Assembly: GCA_013265495.1 (NCBI GenBank)
Contig: MU061579.1
Location: forward strand, 6,136,963 to 6,200,962
Direction of reading: 5' to 3'
DNA from: Vicugna vicugna
Lineage: Eukaryota
DNA length: 64,000 nt
Made by a program: the position numbers and the translations under genes. The notes under the pieces were generated by a model. That model ran no database searches and was not told the DNA's origin. It saw nothing but the letters and a program-made list of their open reading frames with translations. Shown in pieces: positions 1-12,085 of the stretch (position 1 is the stretch's first letter; every line of letters starts with the position of its first letter).

Positions 1-1689
1 CCACAAAAGGCCCTTTTCTGACAGGTCAGGGTGAGCTACGTCGGATCTAAAAGCATAGAACTTTTAACACTTTGACCCAATATTCAAATCCTTCTCCAAG
101 TAAATTCTCAAGGATTCACATCCCAACGAAAGGTGAAACACATTCCTCTCTGACATATGCTAACATTTCCCAACTGCCTCCCCCGGTAGACTGACAACAG
201 TTAAGACATCTTTGTCATTAAATTTGACAACTTCAGTACAAGCATGTATTTGTCACAGATTTTTTGATAACTGATTTTATAATAAAGACAAATTTTTAAT
301 TCTTTGTAAAATAGAGATACTATAAATAACTTCGTGATTATAAATTACAATAAAAAGTTCTTCAAACAAAAATGAGGGTGGCAAGGTAACTGGGCTTACA
401 AAGATGTATTTTATCTATTTCCACATTTTATATTCCAGAAAATTATAGAATCAACTTTTCTTGTGATGACAGTTAAACCTATTGATTTGAGAAGTATCGA
501 GAAGCAAATAAAAAACCTCTGAACTAGGCAGTGAAATTGTGAAAAGCTTTATTTTAATAACAATACTCCCCTCTTTTGCTGACACAGAAAAGGGTCATTC
601 TTGGGATTATTTTTCAAACTGGATGTTTTGTGACATCATCTCAAAATCAAGCCCTTAAAATATATTATGTTTTAGATTAAACAAATACTTTCAATTAAAA
701 AATCAATTTTTCAACAGAGGAACATCGTATAGTCAAATTCAAAAGTCATTTTCCAAAAAAAAAATCTCAAAACAGATTAAATGTACAAGAGAAAAATATA
801 TTATTAAATTATGGTATAATTCAATGATATATTTTAAAAATTGAAAAAAATGAAGATTCAATATCATCATGTTGAAAGCATTGCTAATATTTGGGAAATG
901 TGTTCGGTTTATTAACAAAACAAAGATTACACATAAATCATAGGTGTGGGGACAAAGACTATAAAATAATTTGAAAAGTAAAAATACCTCTATTAGAAAT
1001 CTGGGATTTAAGGCAACATTTCCATTTAAAAGTCTTTACTGTTGTAATGTTTCTATAAAAGGAGCTATTCTGAATTAACTGATGTAAATATAGGTTTTAC
1101 TGAAATCAATTTGTCTGATTAACTGATTTAATAAACTACTTTCCTAGGATCATTTCTTAAATAAGTTCTCTTACAGTGTAGAAGAGTTTCTTTTTCTTTT
1201 ATTTTATTAGACAGAATCAAGAGATAATGAAGAAACAGTAAAGAAAAAGAAAAAGTTGAGTAACTCTAAAGAGGTAGAATAAATGAAAAAGGAAAGTCAA
1301 AGAGCCATATGGGAAAATCATGGAAAACAAATCTTGTATTAAACATTTCATTTTAATCTTAATGAGAAATGAAAAGCCCAAGTGGACTTGACTATACTAC
1401 TTCCAAAGTTAAGGCAAAGTAAGCACTACGAAATCTACAGAAAACGTATTACCGTAAAACACTGTTTAGCAATTATCACCATAAATTTCTTTTGAGGCAG
1501 ATAGAAACAACTATTGATGTTTGCACAATTTCTGTTCTGAACCACTATGTCCGTTGTTCCTTTCAATTAAATGTTCAGATTATCAAAGGAGATTTTAAAA
1601 ATCTATTATCAAATGAGAAGACAAGCCTTTATGCTGTTCTGTAGGATAAACACAATAAACATATAAACATATGTAAACAGATGTATTAC

Positions 1690-1902
1690 CCAAGGCAGAG
1701 ATCCAGTAGGGATAGAGCTCCTTGGTGAGAAGTGCATCGTCAATGTCGGAGAGAAAACTTTTCAACACGCCCGTCACATCCTCCAGCTGATGTTTTCCAG
1801 CCCTCAATTTAAAGCTTCTTGCATCCTTTTTGAAACTCTCGAGGAGTTCACTTACGTGCAAAGGGTCTCCATTCTTCTGATAGATATATTTGCACCCTAA
1901 AC
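1690..1902 (-). CDS. ARAP2: ARAP2 exon ~21 (213 nt), RhoGAP-like: LGCKYIYQKNGDPLHVSELLESFKKD...ELYPYWISAL
   Basis: Overlaps ORF 1595..1861; poly-T tract plus AAG acceptor, GTAATA donor, phase 1->1. Confidence 0.95.
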
Positions 1903-4900
1903 CTTTGTTTAAAAAAAAAAAAGTTACATGAAAAAAAGGCTCAAGTCAAAATCCACTTTGATATCTTAAAAATAGAACCAATTTTTGCACTGGGATGACG
2001 CACAAGACAGAATCATTATCCAAGACCTGATATAAACATGTATGAGAGAAAAAAGCTCCCCCCCAACTTTAGCATTTCTAATGTAAACCTAATGGACACA
2101 CTATCCTATCCCCAGCTTTTAGCAAGCCCTTGCTAGCCCTTCCCCCCAGTTCTTGATAGCACAATTTTCAAACGTTCCTTTACCTCAAGTGCTCTGCCTT
2201 CACTTAGACTCCCAGAACACAAACTTGCCTCCAGTTTCACTGACAAAAGTGAGGCTCTCTGGTATAAATTTCCTCAACTCTCTGCACTCAGATTTGTATA
2301 TTAATTCTGTCTGTTCCCACCTTCACCTCCTCCTAGATGAAAAGCTGGGTCATGTCCTTTTCAAAGTTATGGATTCATCAAGCTCCCCATACAAAATAAG
2401 AGGAGTAGCAGTGGTTAGTTGGAGGAATGATGATACAAACTACCCCCCCAAAATTTTAAGTCCTCTTGGCCCCTCCCAGCTCTCTTATCTCTCTTCGTTC
2501 CAAAACTAATCTGAGTTTCCTATGTTTATTCCTTCCCCCACTTCAAATCCCTGTTAATAATATACTTTGACCACATTATCTCGCAACAGTGCTCAGTTCC
2601 CACTCTACTGGGACCATCTTCATCAAGAATATCAACAACACAGCCTACTTTCTAGATGCTTTTCAGTTTTTATGTAATAAGAACCCCTTGCAGGATCTGA
2701 CACTCTAAATGAATCCCTGTTAAAATTCTGTTAATCTCAAGGCTTTCATGATATTATGATCTCATCTTTTATCCTCCTCCTCTATGACTACTCTTCCAGT
2801 CCTCTGTTTACTCTATTATCTAGTATTTATTGATGATTCCAGGAATCCATCCTCAGTTCTCTTCTCTTTCCCACTCCTCTACAAAATTCTCTGGATGAAC
2901 CCATCCATCTTGGTCACTTCAACTATTGCATGTACATTTCCACTCAGGTTTTAATTTCTAAAATTTCAAACACATACATGTACTATAATACACATACGCT
3001 ACATACAATACATGCAACACACAAGCAATACTTTTACATATGGACAAATTAACTCCTGCCCTATTTACTACTTCACCTCCCAATCCCAACTGGTCTTTAT
3101 ACAGTATTTATATGGTAATTTATATGGTATATGTTGTTTCTATGCTATTGCCTTTTCCCCAGTCCTTTATAAGTCAGAACCTTTCTTTCTCACTTACTGT
3201 ATTAAAAAAATACTACACCACATATGTTGTTTATCACGCCTTCTTTATCAAAACTGTCCCCTTTTCCCATCTCATATGCTATGACTATTTTGTGCACCCA
3301 AATTCTCACGTAAAATATGGATACAGACCTCTCACTGCCTCGAGGGCAAGTTTTGAGGATCTCAATGTGATACATAAGAGCCTACATAAATTACCCTAAC
3401 ACTCCTGCCTCTTGTATCCATCCACTCTTCTTACACTAAGTTCTGGCCACATTTAACTACCCAAAGTTCCCTGAACAGGCAACTTCCTTTATGACTCCAC
3501 AGCTGGGCACACAGTTTCTTCTTCCCAGAATCCCTAGTCTCTCCTTCTCCTAAGTAGCCCTCGTTTCTTTTGAGACTCATGGTAGGTTCCATGCCTCACC
3601 CATGAAGCCCTCCATGACCACCCTGACACTGGGGGGAATTCATCCCTAAACCATGGACACCTGTATCAACCCCTGAACCTCTCTGCCATAGAATTATGTA
3701 CACTTAAGATGTAACTCTTGGCCCATTTGTTTGTCTTTGATCCACAATCTGTAAACTCCTAGAAGGCAAAGACCATGTCCTATTTTCTGTATACAGCAGC
3801 TACATAGTGCCTAGAAGAACTCAGTTAAGTACTCAATTCATGGCCACGATATAAGCATAAGTAAATTCTACCAAAAAATATGTGACTAAGTTTCTGAGAT
3901 ATTATATTCCTAGTTGAGTGAATTTCTAATAGCTGGTGCATAAGTTAAATGATCGTGAATTTGAATTAAATTTTATTTACATAAATTAAGTTCCCTCAAG
4001 AACCAAATTCTATAACTCATTAAAAAAAATGAAACTCTTAAGAATTACATGGTAAACTTGACACTATATGCACAAAAAAATGGCCTTTAGATTTTAACCC
4101 AAAGATCAGGAAGTTCAAATTGTGACCATAAAGGCTCTGAGCCAACCACCTGCATCCTATAATCACTGGGTGTTTTCTAAGTTCATATGAAGTCTTCCCT
4201 TCTACACATGCTGGTGAATTGGGGTTTTCCTCCAGGTTTTGCTCATTAAAAAGTAAATAAATAAATAAGTAGTCTTTTTTATTGGTTTTATTACTTTAAT
4301 ATGCAAGTTAATGTACCTTAAGCTAGAGCTACAAAGTAGTTATAATGTATGAAATTTAGCTGAAAACAATCTAATGCTTAATGATTTTAAATTCAAATAA
4401 ACACAAAGAAACTTCTGATTTCCCTAGAGAAACATTAAGTTGGATACACTGGAGCTAATCAAGTTATTTTAATCATTTGTCAGCTTAAGAAAGACCTTAT
4501 GCCATTATGAAACTAACATGATGTGAAAATTCTCAGTGAGGTTATGCTCTTGCTAAAACATAGTATGTGTGCAATCCATTTATAGCTGCAAAATGCAAGT
4601 GCACTAATATGGAACTACTAGTAAATGGAGATGATAACCCTCTTCTTCCCCCATTTTCAAATAGATGATTACAGTTGATAAGAAAAATATAAACATACTA
4701 TCAAAGGAAGGAACTTCAAAGAGCAATCCCACATAATGTGATTACATACATATTTACAATAGATACAGAAGTCAAACTTGATAGATCTGAATATTAATGA
4801 TAATTGTGAAATACTTAAAAGGGCACTCTCCCTAGGAAAAAAATAAGATTAACATACACGTATTCTAAATGTAATTTCCCAGAATTAGTTTCTTTATAGC

Positions 4901-6006
4901 CTTTGTTTTTTCTGTCGTTGTGTTTCACATCAGTTCATTGTTAGTTCTCATACTGGAAGGCATGATTTATAGCTTTATCCTTCACCCTTTACTCTCACTG
5001 CTGAATTTCCAGGACCAAGTTCAGCAGCTGACACACAACAGACGCTCAATAACTAAGTAACAAACTCATAACACAATGTCTTACTACAGCTCTCTCACTG
5101 ATTACACCTTCTTCTCAAATTAAAACCAACCAAAGATATTTTTAATATTAGGAGAACAACGAAAGTTAATATAGCTTCCAAAATATCAGATAAATCACTT
5201 TATTCTTTTCTGCATGTACAATCTACATTAATGGCATTTATCTACAATTTAAAAGGGACAAAACTTTTTTTTATCAAAATATAGCTAGGAAATGCCTACC
5301 TTTTAGAGTATTAAGGAAATACAGAACAGCCAGAAGGAATCTGAAGCGTGCATAGTAATTTGAAAATAGAAATGAACTATAAAGGCATACTTTACTTTTC
5401 AGGCATATCTAAAATACTATCACAGCATATTAAATTAAAATGAAGCTGTACCATGTAGATATGAATCAAGCTGGTTTTAACCTGCAAACTATTCATAAAA
5501 ATATCTGTTACAAGTAAGTCAAACTATTACAACTAATAACCAAGACTCTTAACATAAAACATGTGACCAACAGTATATTGAATGGAATAAATACACACAC
5601 ACTTTGTATGCCAGCCAACAAAACTAAGTTCTCTTACACATTGTCCCAAGGTTTACCACTTCTAGGAACACACCCGGGCAGCACTGAGCATCCCTAGACT
5701 TTACCGTAGAATTGTAACCTCTGAAAAGTACAATCCCCGATCAGTTTTTAATATACATTTTACAATACAGATTTTTCTAATATGCCACTTAAATAAAAGA
5801 AGGAAAAGGTAAAAGTAATATAATTTAAATGAGCATTATTGGGAGAAGGAATGGCATTTAGCTGAACAGTGACTATATGTTTACTTTTCACTGATGGGTT
5901 TACAGATACAAAGGGCTCTCATTCAGCCCGATGGAGGTACGACTTAAAAACTGTACGAATGGTACTACGAGTTCTGGGGGTTGAATAGGAACTCTTTGCT
6001 ACTTAC

Positions 6007-6170
6007 CATACTGTGTAACAAACGCTATACAGCTGTTCACGATAATGGGGACGTCATTTTTGCTGAGCTGCTGATCTTGTAACGCACGACCATCTGTACC
6101 TGCTGCTTTTTCAATTGCAGTATGCCAGACTGTGAAATCCAACTTTGTATGCCCACGGATGTATAATGTT
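6007..6170 (-). CDS. ARAP2: ARAP2 exon ~20 (164 nt), end PH4/start RhoGAP: TLYIRGHTKLDFTVWHTAIEK...VPIIVNSCIAFVTQY
   Basis: Inside ORF 5999..6190; CAG acceptor, GTAAGT donor, phase 2->1. Confidence 0.96.
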
Positions 6171-6804
6171 CTGTAAGGTTTAAAAAGCATTCCACATTGA
6201 AAGTTTGCTTCTAAAAAAATTCTTACTTCTACACAAATTATCCATAAATCCTTCTAAGTGTGATCTTGTCTCATCCCTCAGAAGAAAAATCCTCTGTCTA
6301 CCACCAGCTTCCACTCACTCAATCCCTCTTTCCTTTATACCATCACATCTCTCCATAGAGTCCAGAAAGTCCCCTCAACTCGTGGTCTCACTTGTCTTCC
6401 CCTTTTTATCCTGTTTCTGAATAACTGAACTGAAACTGTTCTGGCAAGCATCGCCGTGACTTCTAATGGATATTTGGGGTTATGTGTTTCAAGATTTTAG
6501 AACTGTTCATGATTTCAATTCTTACAAAAAAAAAAAAAAGGAAAAAGATTATCACCCAATTTGGCTTTTGTAGCACAATTCTTTCCGACTTTTCCTATCT
6601 TTCTGGTCTCTCAATTTCTTTCCCAAGCTCACTTCCTCTTTCTGAAAAGAAAATGAAGTTGTAACCTCAGTGCACTCACAGGAACTTCCAAAGACTCTCC
6701 AGGTCCAGGTCAGTGGTTTCGTCCCCTGTATCTAAGCTGGTAACTCCCAAATCCCTGTCTCCAGGAGATAACTGTCTCACAGATCAGATCTCCAAGGGAT
6801 TGAA

Positions 6805-6980
6805 GAGCAAGAGCACAAAGCAGCTAAGAGAGTGGAAATCCAGTCAATTCCAGAACTCAAGTTTTAGCTCTGCACTCACTTCCTTTATGACCTTGGACAA
6901 ATTATCACCCTTCTTTGGTTCTCAGTTTCATCACTGGCAAAATGAAGATAATAACAGTACATACCTCAGCACTCAATAAA
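6805..6980 (+). mobile_element. MIR SINE
   Basis: MIR core-like: tgaccttggacaaattatcacc...ctcagtttcatcactggcaaaatgaagataataacagtac. Confidence 0.75.
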
Positions 6981-7484
6981 TATAATATCGGTAACTAATA
7001 AACCATAATACTAGTTAATGTGACTTTTCAGACAGCTTCACCTTAATGTGTCACAAGCATGTCAAATCTTTGTTCCTCCTCCTACCAAACTGGTCCTACT
7101 TCCTGTACTTATCACACCAGAAATCTAGGATTAGCATGTGGATTGCCCCCCACCCCATCATTGCTCCATGAACTCAATCACGACATTCCATTGATTCCCA
7201 TTCCCTGACATACTTGCTCTGCCCGCCCTTTGTTCCAAAACTGCCTTATTTCAGGTCTTTCTATTGCTCCTTGAGGTCACTAAAGCCACTCCAAACAAAA
7301 TGTCTTTCCCAATTCTCCACCTCTCTAGTCCCTACTGCTCAAGACTGCTGGAATGGTCTTTCTAAAATGCAAAGCTAATGGTATCACTTCCTGATCACTG
7401 TCCTTCTGCAGCAACTCTGGAGTTTTCAAGATTAAAAGACCTTTATGATCTGGCCCATACCTTCCCCTCCAACTCTGCCATTCC

Positions 7485-7561
7485 GAAAGAAAAGAAAGAA
7501 AGGAAAGAAAGAAAGAAAGGAAATGAAGGAAGGAAGGAAGGAAGGAAGGAAGGAAAAGAAA
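7485..7561 (+). repeat. Compound (GAAA)n/(GGAA)n purine microsatellite
   Basis: Read directly from sequence. Confidence 0.95.
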
Positions 7562-7718
7562 TTCACACATTCTTGTCCTTACAACAAATATCTCCTGCCC
7601 TTTGGCTGGTTACTTCAACTCCTCCCCATTGGTGTATTCCAGGTAACCCTCCCTGACACTCCATTCCCATCTCCCTCCCTTCCTCCCAAGCTTACTGTGT
7701 AATAAGTGTCCCTTCTTA

Positions 7719-8657
7719 TAAGTAAAACAAAACGACAACCTACGGAATGGAAGAAAATTTTTGCAAATGATGAAACCGACAAAGGCTTGATCTCCAGAAT
7801 ATATAAGCAGCTCATACGACTTAACAAGAAAGAAACAAACAACCTAATCCAAAAATGGGCAGAAGACGTAAACAAGCAATTCTCCAAGGAAGACATACAA
7901 ATGATCAATAGACACATGATAAAATGCTCAATATCACTAATTATCAGAGAAATGCAAATCAAAACTACAATGAGGTATCACTTCACACCAGTCAGAATGG
8001 CCATCATTCAAAAATCCACAAATGACAAATACTGGAGAGGCTGTGGAGAAAGGGGAACCCTCCTACACTGCTGGTGGGAATGCAGTTTGGAGCAGCCACC
8101 GTGGAAAACAGTTTGGAGATTCCTCAAAAGACTAGGAATAGACTTACCATATGACCTAGTAATCCTGCTCCTGGGCATATATCTAGAAGGAACCCTACTT
8201 CAAAAAGACACCTGCACTCCAATGTTCATAGCAGCACTATTTACAATAGCCAAGACATGGAGACAGCCTAAATGTCCATCAACAGGTGACTGGATAAAGA
8301 AGAGGTGGTATACTTATACAGTGGAATACTATTCAGCCATAAAACCCGACAACAGAACGCCAAGAAATAGACTCACAGACATAGAATATAAACTTGTGGT
8401 TGCCAAGGGGGTGGGGGGTGGGAAGAGATAGACTGGGATTTCAAAATTGTAGAATAGATAAACAAGATTAGACTGTATAGCACAGGGAAATATAAAGATC
8501 TTATGGTATCTCACAGAGAAAAAAATGTGACAATGAATATATACATGTTCATGTATAACTGAAAAATTGTGCTCTACACTGGAATTTGACACAACATTGT
8601 AAAATGACTATAACTCAATAAAAAATGTTAAAAAAAAGTGATGAAAGCAAAAAAAAA
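7719..8657 (+). mobile_element. Young 5'-truncated LINE-1 (ORF2 C-terminus, 3' UTR, poly-A), antisense to ARAP2
   Basis: ORF 7706..8431 reads as L1 ORF2 C-terminus ([12 protein letters not shown]..., [24 protein letters not shown]); AATAAA at 8617 followed by A-tail; perfect 15-bp TSD AAGTGTCCCTTCTTA at 7704-7718 and 8658-8672. Confidence 0.95.
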
Positions 8658-10524
8658 AAGTGTCCCTTCTTAATGCGGAATATCCACTCTACTGTCCATC
8701 ATAGCATCTACTGTATCTGTGTGGATGTTTTAGCTGCTACACCCCAAACTTTGTGCAAACAAAGAAAGCACCTCAGTATCAACAGACTTTAGCAGAGTGC
8801 CAGGTATTTAGTGGGTATATAATAGTTTCAAAGTTCTATCACATCAACAGGAGTCGATTTGAAACACAAAGTAAAATCTGATGTATTTAAGTATATTTAC
8901 AGCGAAGTAAAACTATTTAATTTTAATTTCAGACTGTGGAACAGCTACTTTGGATTCAACCCAAAGAGAAAGGAATGAGTTGTATGAACTCTGGATTGTT
9001 TTTGCAGGGGGAGGGGAGGAGAAGGGAGGGGGTCATCTTTCACATTCCTAATAATTCACTGGCCCTGATTTAAAAGAAAATAAAAGTGCTCCTCTCTTTC
9101 CTTTGGTTTCTTTTCTTGAAGAAGAGATGCTCCTCTAAGAAGATAAAGCTGCTGGCACCACACTCCACTCACTTCTAACACCTTCTGAACCTGCTGTGAT
9201 GACTCCTCCTTCACTGACACCGGTGCCCCTAATCCTCATCTCTGGCTTCCGTACATCTTTATCTGTGGATTTTATTTTCCACACCACCATTGCAGCCCTG
9301 ACCTCCAGTTTTGTAATTTTCTTTTTGAAGATTTCTGGCACTTGCTCTAATAATCCTGTCATGCCTTTTAAGCATTTTCACTTATCTTACATCATCTTTA
9401 ACTCAAAAACATTTTACTGCTGGGTTTATTTGTCTAAATGAAACTATATAACTCGGGTAATTTCCCTGAGAAATATCAAGCCCCTACTTCACGTAGACCT
9501 AAACAAAATTACCGCTTGCTAAATTCAGGAGTTTAGGTAAAGAGAAAATTGTATCATTTTTTTGAGCCTTAGTTTTTTTATCTGATAATTAAGCTCTAAA
9601 TACAACATAAAATCATTGAAAAGGTTTGCTTATAAACAGACAACTACAATGAGGATTTGAGAAAGTAGTAAAGGAAACCCAAAAGACAGCGAGCGGCCCT
9701 CCTACATTACCTATATAATTCTGCCATTAACTGTAAATGTTTTAAACTTCAAATTTTCTTTCTAGTCAGAAGAAATCCTGTGATGACAAGTTTAGCTGCC
9801 TCCTTGTGAACCAGTGAAGGGTAGAATGAGTAATGACAAGTTAACTCCTGAGTCAACTTGTCAAAGACTGAATCCTAAAATACATCACCGAGTGCAGCAG
9901 ACGTCTGACATTCAGTAGCTTCAGCTCAACAGCTTTCCTCTCTGGAGACATCTAAACTCTGCGCACACTGCAGAAAGCTTTAAAGGAGATTTTCAACACG
10001 AATGCTGGCCAACTTGGTGATTTCAAGTGTTAGCAAACAATGATTTTACATTTCAGGATAAGGATTCCAAAGAAATATGAACTTACATCTTGAAAATCTC
10101 GAAAGTTATTTTGAAGAACTCTAATTATAGATAAATATATTTTCCTAACTGTCCAATCCCCCAGCATAAATTTTAAAGGGGACTCCAAGGCCCTATAAAG
10201 AAATATCCCTACATCCTATAATGAATCAAGACGGCTCAATAAGACCTAGAAACCAAGTCCCAAAACTAACAAAAACAATTTTCTCAAAATTGCAATATAA
10301 TAACCACAAAGTAAACACTATCGTATTTGAGCCTAGTCTATTGATAAGAATCAGAACAAATGATAGTATCTATAAATCTGGCTGTATAAAAATAAATTCA
10401 CCTATATGAAGAACATTTTAAACACAACTAGAAAACAAACACCACACTCCCAAAATATGACTAAAATACATAATATCCTAGGCATTCATACAAAAATAAA
10501 AACACTGAATCTTGTATTATAAGT

Positions 10525-12085
10525 CAGCATTTGTCTGGACAAAAAAAATACTTTATTTTACTTTCACTTCTAGAAGATATTTTTGCTAAATAAGGTATTT
10601 TAGGCTAATAGCTGTTGTTTTGTCTATTTATTTTTTTTGTCCCTCCCTCCCCCTTGGCACATTAAAAGATTTCATTAAACTATCTTCTGTCTTGCACTAC
10701 TTCTGACAAGACATTCTCATCTTTGTCCCCTATTTTAACGTCTTTTTTTCCCCTCCTCACACTGGTTTTCAGGAATTTGATTATGATGTGCCTTGATGTA
10801 GACTGTCTTTATCATGCTTGAGGTATGTTGATCTTAGTATATGTGCGTGAATTTATAGTTTTTTATCAAATTAAGAAAATGGTCACATTTCTTTAAATTT
10901 TTTTTTCGTTGTCACTCCATCTTTCTCTTCTCTCACTTTGGGATTCTAATTATACTTACATAAGAATACTTGATATTGCCCCACAGGCCACTGAGGCTCT
11001 ATTCATTTTATTCAGTCTTTTCTCTCTGTGCTTAAGTTTTGATAATTCCTTTTGTCATGGCTTCAAATTCATTAAGATTTTTTTAGGTAGAGTCTACTCT
11101 TGTGTTGAGCTGATACAATAAAATCTTCTTTTCAGATAATGTATTCTTCACCTTTAAGCGTTCCATTTGGTTCTTTCTTTAGATTTTTTTCTCACTATGT
11201 TTATGTTTTCCTTTACATCTTTTAACATGTTTATAATATTTACAAATTACTGTCTATATTCTTTGCTAATTTCATTATCTTTCTCATTTCTGGGTCTGTT
11301 CTTACCAACTGATTTGCAGATTCTTCCCATCACTAGTCATTTTATCTGTATGCTAGACATCATGAGTGTTAAGCTCAGTGTCAGGATTGTGTTGTCTTCC
11401 TTTAAAAGGTGTTGTTTAGGCATCTTTTGCCTGTTTGACCCCAGGTAACTAAATTACTTGTGGAGAGGTCTTTTAAGCTTAGTAAGGTAAAAATGGAGCA
11501 GCCTTTACCCTAGAGCCAGTGTAGGCTTAATTACTTTCTGGGTCTTTACAATGCTCTGTGTGTTTAATGAGGGCTGTCTAACCTGGCTGGATAAAATCTG
11601 AACCCACTCCAACACTGTCTAAGCTCTGGAATTGTTCAACTCATAGCACATCATGGGAGTGTGCGGGAGATTCAGCCTGCAAATATGCAGGTTAGTACTG
11701 CACTGAAGACAAAAGGGGATGCCTATGAAGATTTCTGGAACTCCATCTCTACACATCTCCCCCTCTGCTCTGATACTCTACCCTGCAACGTTTAACTACC
11801 ACCGCTTCCCCAAATCCTATCTCTACCTCTTCAGTGAAGCAAAACCACCACACTGCACGTGGGCGTCCCCATTCCGTGCCAGGGTCTGAAATGTCCCTAC
11901 AGATAGGAAGCCAAGGTGATCTTAAGCCTTATGTCACTTGTTACCTTTCTCTCCATGATCCCCAACCTGGATGCCTACTGTCTCCAAGTTTGAAAATGGT
12001 TCATCCCATATGTTTTTTTCGGGTCTCTAGCTATTTGAAGAGGGAGGGTATGTTCCATGACAATTATTTTTCATGGACAGAAATG
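10525..12085 (-). mobile_element. Old L1M-type LINE-1 fragment (5'/ORF1 region), degraded
   Basis: T-rich antisense L1 motifs (gaagatatttttgct, tttgattatgatgtgccttg, cccacaggccactgaggctct); boundaries approximate. Confidence 0.65.

Noticed and set aside
7706..8431. 241-aa plus-strand ORF as a host gene
   Set aside because: It is truncated L1 ORF2; the 'start' is a GTG inside the TSD and there is no promoter or RT domain
9000..9440. Purine-rich minus-strand stretch with a 75-aa ORF (cryptic exon or pseudogene?)
   Set aside because: No recognisable protein similarity or convincing splice sites; a Dfam/BLASTX search would be needed
9780..9871. Box C (GTGATGA) and box D (CTGA) motifs suggesting a snoRNA
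   Set aside because: Antisense to the host gene and no terminal stem
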